The notes under the pieces were generated by a model, which did not search any database, was not told the DNA's origin, and worked only from the letters and a program-made list of their open reading frames with translations. A stretch of 64,000 bases of DNA from NCBI RefSeq assembly GCF_006345805.1, contig NC_043000.1, forward strand, positions 55,676,001 through 55,740,000. The letters are read 5' to 3'. Positions 26,217-38,612 of the stretch are shown here, piece by piece; the stretch's first letter is position 1; every line of letters starts with the position of its first letter. This stretch comes from Octopus sinensis. Its lineage: Eukaryota. The translations under genes were made by a program, and so were the position numbers.

Positions 26217-26520
26217 TATTTCATTAAATTGGCTATAGTGGCCTTACATAGAAAAATAAGAAAGCTGCGGTTGGACACAGACATAATGTTATTTGAGATG
26301 AAAAGTGAAAATGATGATTAATGGGGGAAACAGACAACGCTCGCCGATGGCTGTTTCCGAAAACGTTGTTCTTTTATTTATCATACATGAGTCAATAAAT
26401 TTCTTACAATTGTTCATAGTTGTTCATTAAAACACACAAATGACGCACTACGCCTCTGTTAAAAACAGAATGAGTTTTCAAACCTTTTATCATTTCAAAA
26501 TACTGAGGCTTTCCAGCCTC

Positions 26521-27730
26521 TTACCCATATTCCTCTTCAGTATCGTTTATGACGCCGTACCCCACCATTACCCACGCTTCATTCAAGCACAAAGCGGGTG
26601 GCGTGTCTGCGTCGCCCGGCCACAAGCGATATTCATCATTGAACTTCTCCAGCCTTTGCAACACGGGCAACGTTATGACCTCCACAGCTATCTGCGGAGG
26701 CCATTCGGGATCCCGTGTGCAGGTCACAGTTGCTCCCTTATGGTGCTTCTCCAACATCTTCTCCACTTCACATCTGTAGAAGAAGACAAGTAATTCACCT
26801 TCTTCTGGGGACGAGGTAGTCATTACCACCATCGGTGTCACAAATCCCACCGACGAAGTTCCGGGACATTCCGGTATTATGTTACCAACTGCCGGCAATG
26901 TCCCGTTTCTCTTTTTCTTCCTCTTAACTGAGGAAGGGTAGGTTTCCTCCGTGGCCGAGAGGTCCGCCTAGCCTCCCTCATCCCTAGGATCCTTCGCTGA
27001 GCACCCAATATTGCTCACCTTCTTCCTCTTGCAACCCTTCTTTGAAGAGTCCTCCGTCTCCTCGACCGCCTCCGTTCCCTCTTCTACAGAGGCCTCAACC
27101 AACTGCTCCAGGACCTTGCTTTGGTCCTGGGGCAGTTCTTTTTTGTATGGCCAGGTTCCAGACATCAGTGACACTTGGGGGGGGGCACCCTCAAGAATCA
27201 CTAGGTACCTTCTCCCAGACAGTTAAAATGTTTAGAAAGACTAACTCCTTTACTGATTGGGTTCACAGGGTCAAAATAACTCTTGATCCGACCCAATGAG
27301 ACACTGGTAATAATTGAACATTAAGGAGCTTGGTGCCGGTGCCGCTGCCGCCCAAACCCCGGCGGATAGTGTCCTCTATCCAGCCTGATTTTAAATTCGG
27401 TGGCAAACGCAAATCCAAGCACGCGTCAGTTTTCTCCCACAATACGTGGGAAGAAACAAACTTTTATTACTCTCCAGGGCAATAAAATGCGAGCCTCCTC
27501 CGGTGTGTCAAATAGCAACTAAATCGTTATATATCCGACACACCCGTGCAATAAATTTTTACATTTGGTAGATAGTCCTTCAACTCTTCTTCTATTACTG
27601 CTACGGAGAACACGACGATAGCGTCGAGGACCTTCGAATATGTTCCCAACACCATCGTCTTCTCCTATAGCTGTTTAATCCATTCTTTTGGTGGGATAAT
27701 CTCCCACTCCAAGACATTCTTTTTCGCCAT
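26521..27730 (-). pseudogene. Disrupted gag-like ORF1 with CX2CX4HX4C zinc knuckle
   Basis: ATG at 27730 (MAKKNVLEWEIIPPKEWIKQL*). Knuckle C-H-*-C-LEPG-H-TKKN-C at 27132-27173 after ILEGAPP, then an E/K-rich linker and a C-terminal block ending at 26521. Contains stops and frameshifts. Confidence 0.75.
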
Positions 27731-28204
27731 GGTTTTTTTAAAGAAAGTTCTCTTAATAGTTCAACAAAAATATGAAAAGTAAAGATTTAAAATTAAAATT
27801 ATAAAACAGTTAGAAAGAAAACAAGAGAAAAACATAAAGACAGAAAAGATAAGAAGAAATGAAAAAACAGTTCAGCACGACAACAGTTGTTTGCATTATG
27901 ATAGTTCAAATCACTGCAACAGCTTCTTCAAAAAATTAAATTCCGGCCAAACGGTACTCCTGGCCCAAAAATGATACTCCAGTTGAGTCGGCAACACAGT
28001 AGCAGGAACAAATAATAATTTACCATTAAATGGTAATTACACAACGAAGAAAAGTTTTTCACAAAGCAGAAAACGTTCCACAGTTTATGGCGGCAGAGTA
28101 TCCAAAAATTCACTTGAAAGTGAACAATTTTGCCCAAGTGTAGGCAGACCAAAGTCCAGACTCCAGTGAGGATTTCTTGTTTGTACAAAAAATAATACAG
28201 CAAA

Positions 28205-28584
28205 CTACATGGTTCCAGGTTCAGTCCCACTGCGTGGCACCTTGGGTAGGTGTCTTTACTATAGCCTCAGACCAACCAAAGGCTTGTGAGTGCATTTGGT
28301 AGACGGAAACTGAAAGAAGCCAGTCCTATATATGTATATGTATATATAGATGTATGTGTGTGTATATGTTTGTGTGTCTGTGTTTGTCCCCCAACATCGC
28401 TTGACAACCGATGCTGGTGTGTTTACGTCCCCGTAACTTAGCGGTTCGACAAAAGAGACCGATAGAATAAGTACTAGGCTTACAAAGAAAAAGCCCTGGG
28501 GTCGATTTGCTCGACTAAAGGCGGTGATTCAGCATGGCCACAGTCAAATGACTGAAACAAGTAAAATAGAGTAAAAGAGAGTAA
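28205..28584 (+). mobile_element. SINE family A (5'-truncated) nested in the 5' region of the ORF1-only element
   Basis: Family A sequence with probable TSD acagcaaac (28197) / acaacaaac (28585). Confidence 0.9.
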
Positions 28585-28715
28585 ACAACAAACCCCCATT
28601 GGTCCAAAAAAAAACAAGTCTTACCTTACAGCTGAGCTTCTTTTTCAATCAATATTTCGTCAACTGTACACCAGCGTGGCGACTAATGCACTGACACTAG
28701 CGGGAGCAGAAGCAG

Positions 28716-28754
28716 GGGAAGCAAACTTCTTACCACACAGCCACGCCTGCGCCT
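28716..28754 (-). mobile_element. 5' head (A-box part) of the split SINE at 25808-26216
   Basis: cttcttaccacacagccacgcctgcgcct is the reverse complement of the family A 5' end. Confidence 0.85.
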
Positions 28755-29849
28755 ATAGTTTGTTTTTTCTTCTTTTATTAACAATATCGTCTATAGTAAT
28801 TTTTCGCTTGTCTATGCTTCTTCCCACATACAATTTTTCTCATTCTTTTGATTTTAATGTTGCATTGATTTTTATTCTATTTTTAACTAGTTCTTGACAA
28901 AAGAAATTTGACTTGAAATAGAACTGTTTGTTTTAGACTCAAAAATTATGGTCGCATTTCATTCCAAAATGTTCTTTGCAATTTCTTCAATATCCTTCAT
29001 TTCCGGCATCCTTATTATTGATTCAGATAGCATTCGTTTTATTTACTATCTTTTTTCTACATGTTCTGTATTTTTATGTTGGGTTTCGTAAATTCATATA
29101 TAAGTAAATTTGAGGGAATACATATTCTTGTATCTATAGAAACTCCTGCTTATGTTATTTAACTTAACTAGTTGATATTAATGTTCGAGGTTGTTTCCAT
29201 TGCCAGGTTTGCGTTTTTATTGTCGCTGTTATTTCTTGTGTCGAAGCATCATTTATTCGACTTCACTCATCTACACTGTAATAGAGAGGGCACGATCGGC
29301 CATTTCGTCGCAGGTCTGGTTTACCACCCAACCGGAAGTCTCTTCTCGCTGGAACAGTTAGCTAGCTGGCCGCAGTGGAGGTCTTTGTCTACAGTTCGTC
29401 AGTTATGAGTTTACGGGTAATACCCTATAAGATACTTAAATGTTACAGTGGCGATGGAGACTACGGATGTAAAGTTTTCAGGAATTAATCTGAGGGAAAG
29501 TGTTTAGGATTATGGAATGTTCTGCTCCTACATAGGTCGCAGTTATTCGCTCTTCAGCTGATCGATTGCTACTAAAACTGTTAACAACTGCTTAACTTGT
29601 TTCTAAACACTGGGTTTCTATCCACCCGCCTACTATTTATAATATGTGTGTATGTATGTACACACATACGCACATACTCATGTTAATCTGTGATCGTTTC
29701 GACGTCTCATGAGTGGTACACTGTGCTAGTACAAACATTTGATCACTATAAACAAATCATATGTGCATGTTGCTCAGCAAGGAATTTCGAAAACTTCATA
29801 CGATAGGAGAGTCCACCGTATGTAGGTATGTATATATGTATATATGTAT

Positions 29850-30335
29850 GTATATTTGAGTAATTGAATGAATTATCTTATTAAGGATAATTCGAAAGAT
29901 AACCGATACCTGGGTAGCAAATTCACATCAGAAAGAACACACACAGGTACTCAAAAGAAATCATTTAAACCCACCATTCTTTTAACCTGCACTCTCTCAC
30001 CTTACTATTCTTATGCCTCCCTCCTCCTACTCCGTTTGAACTCTTGAACCTTTAGAAACTTCTAGATTCTTCTACATTCAGCCACTCTGACGTCACTCAT
30101 TATAAAGAGACACTCATTATCGCCATGGGCTCCTTGAGAGCGGTCAGCTAAAAGTTATTTGTGCATTTTGATGTCGACATAATTTCCTTGATTTTCCTGA
30201 TGAGAAATCTGCATAATGTACTCCTTATTCCTTCGGAATTAGGAATATGCAGCCTTCGAAACATATGTCGAGAATAAAGGATATTTGTTAACTAGTCGTT
30301 CAACTCCATTCTTTCATATACTTATAATTTTAAAA
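29850..30335 (+). mobile_element. Penelope-like pseudo-LTR relic between microsatellites
   Basis: Carries the hammerhead at 30185 and is flanked by TA/TATG tracts. No intact ORF. Confidence 0.5.
30185..30281 (+). ncRNA. Type I hammerhead ribozyme (minimal, palindromic stem III)
   Basis: Stem I tccttgattttc/gagaataaagga (11 of 12 pairs including one G.U), core ctgatga (30197-30203), stem II gaaatctgcata/tatgcagccttc, gaaa (30258-30261), stem III ac-atat-gt. GUC cleavage site after 30269. Confidence 0.88.
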
Positions 30336-30339
30336 TATA

Positions 30340-30540
30340 TATGTATGTATGTATGTATGTTTGTATGTATGTATGTATGTATGTATTTATCTATGTATGT
30401 TTATATGTATGTATGTATGTATGTATGTATGCATGTATGTATGTATGTATGCATGCATGTATGCATGTGTGTTTATCTATGCATGTATGTGTGTGTATCC
30501 ATATATGTATGTACGTATATGTATGTATTTATATGTGTAT
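30340..30540. repeat. (TATG)n microsatellite
   Basis: Direct tandem units. Confidence 0.93.
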
Positions 30541-31719
30541 ACGGATATTAACATCTTAATATGGTTTGTAAATCTTACGCATGACATATTTTATAATGTA
30601 TGTGTACGGCTGTGAGACCAATAATAAAAATGATGATTATTATTAATATAAATATTGACGTTTGCAATTATTACTATTAATGATAACACCATTGATGCTA
30701 ATACGATGTATTTTACATTTGGATTTTATTTTGGAAAGAGAATTCTCAGAAATTAAGCTAGTTAATGAAGTTTGGTATCACAGAAAGCATCAGTCATTTC
30801 TATGGCTTTTATAAGAATAATCACTTTGAAAACATATATCTTCATGTAAGGCTTAGCTAAATATGAATTTACATACATACATACATACATATATATATAC
30901 ATATATATATTCATATTCCGTTTCAACCTTCTACGACGTAAAAAGAAAAGTCATTACTTCGCCTTCTTTTTTTTCCTTTTACGACGAAAACGACCACCAC
31001 CGCTATTACTACCACGACCACAACCACCCCCACCATCACCACTACTACTAGTACTACAACTTCTAGAGATATTAAAAGAAGTCAAAAACAAATAACAAAA
31101 TAACCAAACACAAATAACCGCCAAACTGAACTAAATTACTAGTTTACTTGAGAAAATATGAAACGAGAAAAATTGTTGACTGAATTCTATAGGAAGTTGT
31201 GGAAATTATTATGCACATAATTATAGGTGACTGCACACGTACTCTAGACTGCATTATTGATTGTTCATTAAAGCTAGTAGTCCGTGGTGTGGATTATATT
31301 TCATGTTCGAAAGACTGAATTATGCATCATGCAAACGTAAGGGTTTGGACTGTCATTTCCAAATCTAAGAAAAAATAAGAAATATGATAAAATGTATGAG
31401 AGAGAACAAAACCTATAAGAAAAATATCAGCAGAGATATATTAAGATAAAAGAAAAAAGAGAAAATTAACATACAAAAACATGGACGAAATACGATATTT
31501 TATGAGGAAGTTAAGAAATATAAGATGCAAAATCTGACAAACATTAACAAAGAAAATGACATATAATGCTAGAAAAAAGAATATAATATACATATCATAA
31601 CGCAAATATATTATCTATTAAATATAGACCCATCCATATATACAAAATACAAATGAGAAAATTGGGCAGCTAACAAATATATCGCCCACACGAAACAGAA
31701 CACGCAGAAGCATATATTT

Positions 31720-31731
31720 CATACATATATA

Positions 31732-31770
<39 letters not shown>

Positions 31771-32006
31771 ATTTGCGTGTATGGATATATATTATATTTA
31801 TTTACACTTATGCGTGTATGCCTATATCTATATCTATCTATTATCTATGTATATATAGCTCTCTCACTACCTCTCTTTCTATATATATATATATATATAT
31901 ATACATATATATATACACACATATATACATATACATATATATATATATATATATATGTACACTTATACATATATATTTATTATATATATACATTTATATA
32001 TATATG

Positions 32007-32049
<43 letters not shown>

Positions 32050-32092
32050 ATCTATCTATCTATCTATCTATCTATATATATATATATATATT
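31720..32092. repeat. Compound (TG)n/(TA)n/(TATC)n tract
   Basis: Direct tandem units. Confidence 0.9.
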
Positions 32093-32687
32093 ATTTACTT
32101 TGATTTTATTATTGTATATCTTACATGTGCGCGTTTGTGTAGAATGTATATGAATGTATATGCGTGCGCGTGTGTGCGCGCGCACGTGTGTATGTGTATG
32201 TTTATGTAACAAAAATTATTAAAAAAAACATGAAGAATATTTACAAAACAAACAGACCAGGCATATAAGGTGTACGCTGAGGAAAAGTAGATGTTTACGT
32301 TTGGAGCAGACGCTCTTCGAGACAGGCGACGAAACACAAAAATAGAGAAAAAGAACAAAAGTGTCGTCATTAGAAGATCATGTGTGCGTGTGTGTGTGTG
32401 TGTGCGCGCGTGCGTATCATCATTTCAGAAATAACTCCATTACAAGAAGATGGAAAGAAACCTACATGAATAGTTGGATGTTTTAGTCGATCATATTAAC
32501 CACAGTATTTGCTAACTTTGGAACTGTGGTACCTATTTGATCAATGTCTCTGTCGAATTGCTATATTAGCCTAAACACAGGACATTAGTTTTCCTAATAT
32601 TTCAACATGAACACTGACATATAGACGCACACGCAAGTGCACATGCGTATATATGCATATTCATATAGTCATATATACAAACATACA

Positions 32688-32719
<32 letters not shown>

Positions 32720-32720
32720 A

Positions 32721-32891
32721 GGCGCAGGAGTGGTTGTGTGGTAAGTAGCTTGCTTACCAACCACATGGTTCCGGGTTCAGTCCCACTGCGTGGCATCTTG
32801 GGCGAGTGTCTTCTACTATAGACTCGGGCCGACCTAAGCCTTGTGAGTGGATTTGGTAGACGGAAACTGGAAGAAGCCCGTCGTATATATG

Positions 32892-32922
<31 letters not shown>

Positions 32923-33137
32923 ATGTTTGTGTGTCTGTGTTTGTCCCCCTAGCATTGCTTGACAACCGATGCTGGTGTGTTTACGTCGCTGTCACTTAGC
33001 GGTTCGGCTAAAGAGACCGATAGAATAAGTACTGGGCTTACAAAGAATAAGTCCCGGGGTCGATTTTCTCGACTAAAGGCGGTGCTCCAGCATGACCGCA
33101 GTCAAATGACTGAAACAAGTAAAAGAGTAAAGAGTAA
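32721..33137 (+). mobile_element. Full-length SINE family A (tRNA head, CORE-like block, internal microsatellite, (AAGAGT)n tail)
   Basis: A-box tggttgtgtgg, B-box gggttcagtccc, CORE-like cttgggcgagtgtctt, internal (TA)(TG), tail gtaaaagagtaaagagtaa. About ten related copies in the window. Confidence 0.92.
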
Positions 33138-33968
33138 GTTATATACACACACACACACATTCACATGCACACGCAAACATATATATATAGATCAAATTTA
33201 CAGAAAGCAAAAGACCAACAGAAATGAAGGAACAACAAGAGGGTGCATTAGTTTAATGCTCGGAAAGAATGGAAAAAGTCTTTGATGTTCCAGCCTGTGC
33301 TCCTCGACAGCAAGGATTGAGATTGAAAAAATGGAGAGAGAAAAACTTGTGCTGGGATTAACGGTTCAACATTATATACACATATGCAAAAAGAAACATG
33401 GTTGGAAAGAGAGAGAACACAGAGGTGGGGAGGGACGCGAAAGGGAGGTTAGGGAAGAGTTTAGCAGGAAGGAGGAGAGCCAGTAGTCAAATAACTAAAA
33501 TCAGTAAAAGTACTTGAGCGGTGGATGAGGTGTGTCACATAGAGAAATCTTCGACAAATTAATAATTTAGAGTTAGGTTTGATGATGCAAACAGGGAAAT
33601 AGAACTCACATGAATACATATATTAATAATTGTCAGAAGTTACAGAGTGACTCAACACCCAGGTGTCTCGTGTGTTGGCACTTATCAAAATATTCTGCCA
33701 GTGCACGAAACTCTCGGTAGTCTCTGCCAGTTATTATCAAAAAAGCATAATATTAGGTTTGCGCAGAAACAATCTAAGTGGAAGAGATTACTGTAATAAG
33801 GAAACATTAAAACAAAATACAAAATATGTTTCTCTGTGTAAGAAAACAATAAAGTATAAATGAGAATCAAATAGCACTAAAACAGGCAAGAGAAGGGGAG
33901 AAACATGGTAGAGAAAGTCGTTCAAAGGTCACAGAATGTGTGACGAAAGAACTTTGACAACTAAACTA

Positions 33969-33969
<1 letters not shown>

Positions 33970-34040
<71 letters not shown>
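33970..34040. repeat. (TAA)n microsatellite, LINE target
   Basis: Direct tandem units immediately 5' of the RLE element. Confidence 0.95.
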
Positions 34041-34041
<1 letters not shown>

Positions 34042-34042
<1 letters not shown>

Positions 34043-35366
34043 GAAAAATACGAAAACTGTTGACAATGCATAGAATGCACCACTGTAAGGCAGATACAGA
34101 ACGACTTTATCTGCCAAGAAAAGAGGGAGGCCGTGGTGTTTTACAACTGGCAATAACAATGAAGATTTGCAACAATTGACCTAGACACCTACCTGAAAAA
34201 TTCTGAGGACTGGCTGTTAAAACTTGTCTGAAAACATGAAAACAAGAAAGCATCATACTCAGTAACAAAACAGGCAAAGGAATATCTAAGTGAATTCCGA
34301 ATACAACAAATTTCGGAATTAGAGATAGTCATACAAGAAACAAGCACAGAAAAGCTAGGGGCATGAAAACCCGTACTAAAACTGCGGCCTTAGATATTCT
34401 GAATAATAAATGGCAAGAAAAACCTCTCTATGGCAAATACCCAAAGAGAGCGAATAATGCAGATATTGACAAAGCACGGACCCATCAATGGCTAATGGCC
34501 TCTGGCTTAAAATCTGAAACAGAAGGGTTTATCATAGCAGCTCAAGATCAATGCATACCAAAAAGAAACTACCAGGTCAACATATTAAAGAATGGCAGTA
34601 GCCCAACATGTCGTGTATGTCGACAACAAAAGGAAACCATTGATCATGTTGTCTCCAAGTGCAGTCTTCTAGCGCCTACAGAGCACCTCAACAGACATGA
34701 TAGATCTGCACAGTATATTCACTGGGTAATTTGCAAAAACCTGGATTTGCCCCATGAAAAATACTGGTGGGAACACAATCCACCTCCAGTGCTTGAAAAT
34801 GACCACATCACACTCCTCTGGAACTTTACCATTCAAACTGACAAAAAGATAGATGCAAACAGGCCAGACATCATATTGAAAGACTTCAGACAAAGAACAT
34901 GCCTCCTCATGGATATGACTGTCCCTATCGATATAAACGTATCTGTCAAGACCTACCAAAACTGAGCAAATATAAAGATCTTGAAATAGAAAACAGCAAA
35001 ATGTGGAACCTGAAGACTAAAACAAAACCTGTTGTCATAGGTGCCCTGGGAATGATAGCGAAAGGGGGTGATTGCTACCTAACTCAGATACCTGGAAACC
35101 ACAAAATGGCAGAAATTCAAAAGATAGCGCTCATGTGAACTGCTCATATCCTACGCAAAAATACTCTCTATGTAATCTCAAGTTTTAAAACAAACTTTTT
35201 TTTTAAATTTATTTTTTAGACATTCACTAGTACACCACCAAAAAAACCCCAACATATGGCACACTAGGCATAACAACAACGTGAACTTCCAACCTGTAGT
35301 CTCTTGAGGTCTTTGGGTGAGACTTGGAGCCAACTTGTACAAACATAAAGCAAAAGTCAAACATAG
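34042..35366 (+). mobile_element. 5'-truncated R4/Dong-like non-LTR retrotransposon (RLE type)
   Basis: Flanked on both sides by (TAA)n and encodes CCHC plus RLE (next feature). Confidence 0.9.
34363..35175 (+). pseudogene. C-terminal RT-linker, CCHC and restriction-like endonuclease of an R4/Dong-like LINE
   Basis: WLMASGLKSETEGFIIAAQDQ, CRVCRQQKETIDHVVSKC, RHD, RPDIIL, MDMTVP. After a frameshift near 34960: KLSKYKDL..PVVIGALG. Confidence 0.9.
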
Positions 35367-35431
35367 AATAATAATAATAATAATAATAACAATAATAATA
35401 ATAACAATAATAATAATAATAATAATAATAA

Positions 35432-35572
35432 CCCCTGCTATTTAGTTTATTGACCCCGAAAAGATGAAACGCGAAGTCGACTTTCACCGAATTTGAACTC
35501 AGAATGTAGTGACGGACGAAATACCGATAAGCATTTCGCCTGTAGTGTTAGCAATTCTGCCAGCTTGCCGCC
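35432..35572 (-). mobile_element. Family B SINE (head and Meta core) inside (TAA)n
   Basis: Reverse complement reads ggcggcaagctggcagaattgct..gagttcaaattcggtgaaagtcgacttcgcgtttcatctttt. Confidence 0.8.
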
Positions 35573-35598
35573 TTAATAATAATAATAATAATAATAAC

Positions 35599-35640
<42 letters not shown>

Positions 35641-35641
<1 letters not shown>

Positions 35642-36121
35642 CTTAGTACCAATATACACCAGAAAAAGGGAAGGCAAAAATCTTCTGAGACCTTGATTTC
35701 CAGACAGACAAGGTGTGAGAGCACTGAAGGGCGGAAACAGTAACCTTTCGGAGCTTCAAACATGAGTGTCTAATAATAGGCGTGGCAGTGTCAGGAGATC
35801 AACATATTATGAAAGAAAGAGAAAAGATTGATAAATATGGAGACCTGAGAATTGAGATCGCTGACATATGACAACATAAAAGCTATCCCAATTGTAAATG
35901 GATCATTGGGTTCAATACCACCCAACCTAAAGAAACATCTGGAAATTTTAGAAATACGCTACAATCCACGTGTATTGCAAAAATTGGCATTATTTGGAAC
36001 TGCACGCATATTGCATAAAGTACTGTTTGTCAGAGGATTTGTTGTGACTTGACAGACTGTTCAAACCCCTGGTAAACACATCTTCAGTCAACATCACGAT
36101 ATTGGAAACTGTGCGGTCTTA
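35641..36121 (+). mobile_element. Second R4/Dong-like RLE 3' fragment
   Basis: Translation KAKIF*DLDFQTDKV, CLIIGVAVSG, EKIDKYGDLR, AIPIVNGSLGSIP, LQKLALFGTARILHKVL. Flanked by TAA repeats. Confidence 0.8.
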
Positions 36122-36161
36122 AATAATAATAATAATTATTATTATTATTATTATCATCATC

Positions 36162-36214
<53 letters not shown>

Positions 36215-36266
36215 TATTATTATTATTATTATTATTACTATTATAATTATCATCATCATTATTATT
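36122..36266. repeat. Compound (TAA)/(TTA)/(TCA)n tract
   Basis: Direct tandem units. Confidence 0.95.
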
Positions 36267-36432
36267 GAGTGAGAGAGCAGTGCATGTCATCAAAGTAATA
36301 CTGGGGTAAAATATACGAAGCCCAGTATACCCATTATGACTACTCGTCTGATAAGGGTACACTAGGCACATGCATCACAACCATATGTGCGCGACATGGT
36401 GATCTCATATCAAGATAAATAGCACATGACCT
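36267..36432 (-). mobile_element. Probable LINE 3' UTR repeat ending in (TAA)n; second copy at about 63510-63670 (+)
   Basis: gatatgagatcaccatgtcgcgcaca..cccttatcagacgagtagtcat..cactc followed by aat repeats in both copies. Confidence 0.7.
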
Positions 36433-37009
36433 ATTTTTTTCGAACCCTTCTCCGCAAAGCATAGGCTAAGAGCCAATAAACTAAGAGTGATGGTGTTAAG
36501 TCATTTAAAAATTTAAATAAGCATCTTGTGAACCAGGGAAATAAAACCATTATAAATAATAATTGGTATTCTACGGGCAATGAAATATATGAACATAAGT
36601 ATAAAAACTATACTGGCGTTCATAAATTTCCATGTAGTCCAAAAGAGATCTCTGCTCGACGTGTACCACGACCTACGCAAGATTCATTCAGCTCAATAGC
36701 GTTACTCGCATAGCATACTTCCTGCGAGCAAAATGTAACCTATATAATCACCTCTAAACATCCAGTGATGGAGCTTCTATGGAGTCGTTTGAAATTCTAG
36801 AAATAGCAGTCAAGTGTCCCTCAAATTATATCCTACAGTCTTAAAAAATGCTAAGACAAAACAGCAGTTATTTCCAAGCAAAATTCTACATCTCTAACGA
36901 ACAAAACTGCATACGCACGGTGAGTGATGAACTATTACAAGGACAAATACCAAAACGACGTGGGGTAAGTTTACGTAGAATTGATTATTTAAAGGCATTG
37001 AAAACAACG

Positions 37010-37210
<201 letters not shown>

Positions 37211-37879
37211 TGTCTTTTAAACCAATATTGACTGCTATATAAAACATGACTATCGATTGCTATAGTAATTGTTGCTCAGTACCGAAACTTATATCAAAGC
37301 TAGTTTTTTTTTATATTTTGTTATATTTGGAGATTTTTCTTTTCTATTTTGCTTTAATGGTATTTACCAAGAACATCCAACAATCACTTGCTGTTAAAGC
37401 ATTGTGTTAAATGATCTGTTGTTGCGCAGCTTTGATGAATGGTTGGACATGAAAAAGCATTTGTGCAAATTTTTCTGTCCACACATTCTTCCTTTTGTCT
37501 TTAAATATTTTGGTTTATGTAGCAAATTGCTCGTGTCTCTTCATTCAGTCTGGGTAGACAGTTTTAATTATTAACCTTGTTATGTATGTTGAATATATGT
37601 ATGCTTAAAGTTTCGTTATTATATTTCTCATTGACTATGTATGAATACATACATAGTTCGCATAAGCAATATAATCATAGAAAATTTTAAAAATAGAATT
37701 CATTGAAATATATTAGAACATTTCTTTATGATTTAGCCAGAGAAAGGAGGGCAACACCACTGACGCATTCCAGGCTCACGGAGACTAATCGGAATAACTA
37801 AGGAATCTGTGCTCAGATAAGAGAGCTAGCCTACTTACTTAAAACAGATGACGCCCCGGTAGAAACACCAAAAGTCAGG

Positions 37880-38500
37880 TGGTGGTGTTAAAACTGATGA
37901 CATATACAGCAATATTATCACCACAATTAAGACACAGGATTTTACCATCAATGTCAGTAAACATGTACTCGGTTTCCCACTGGATTTGAAAGGTTGTTTT
38001 CATCATCGACTTTTCTCTTGGCCATTGATATAGATAGTTACTACTACTGAATGACGTCACGTGAAAATGATCACCCGAAAGAGCGGTAAGGTGGCTGTTG
38101 CGGTGCATTTAGGGATTAGCAGATTTTGCGCCATCGGCGCTTAACAACACGCGATTGGAGAATCGAAGGAGGCGTTTTCCAGCATGCTTTGCTGCATTTA
38201 CAGTTAAGACTTGTGACTGTGTTACCATGCCTCTTTAATGAGTTTTTTTCCTACAGTCAGGGTGTAACCGTTACAGTGGTGTTGTTTCTAGTCGTGTATT
38301 AAATTATTGCTACTTTTTGGGACAACCTCAGTAAGAAAAGTAGTGCAGTTAGTACTATATATAATGTAATGGCCTGCTTAAGCCACACACTATGTATTTG
38401 TAGTTGTAACAAGAAGCATGCCGCCATTTGGACCAATTTCATGCTGATATGGAAATGGTCCCACGAGCTGGATGAAATTGCTGCACGGGCTAGGAGCTTG
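37880..38500 (-). mobile_element. SPIN/GTF2IRD2-like hAT 5' portion with transposase N-terminus
   Basis: FQIQWETEYMFTDIDGKILCLNCGDNIAV resembles the SPIN-type F..W...YFF....K..CLIC motif. A decayed 5' terminus (gcccg..ttcatccagctcgtggg) lies near 38440-38500. Confidence 0.7.
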
Positions 38501-38504
38501 ACAT

Positions 38505-38612
38505 ATTTGTTTTAATCGAATGAATCAACCCCAGCACAATTTTTTTGTTAAGCCTGGTACTTATTCTATCATTTCTTTTGCCGAACTGCTAGGTTACGGG
38601 GACGTAAACATT
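38505..38612 (-). mobile_element. SINE family A 3' fragment
   Basis: agcctggtacttattctatc..ttgccgaactgctaggttacggggacgtaaaca. Confidence 0.8.

Larger units (their letters stand above)
26217..28715 (-). mobile_element. Non-autonomous ORF1-only L1/Tx1-like retrotransposon (HAL1-like)
   Basis: Bounded by a 16-bp TSD, gggtagcaatcttctt (26201-26216) / gggaagcaaacttctt (28716-28731). Carries a gag-like ORF1 with CCHC, a short 3' UTR ending ...gaaataaag, and no recognisable RT or EN. Confidence 0.7.

Noticed and set aside
32721-32790. tRNA-like A and B boxes as real tRNA genes
   Set aside because: They are SINE heads continuing into SINE bodies, without an acceptor stem or terminator.
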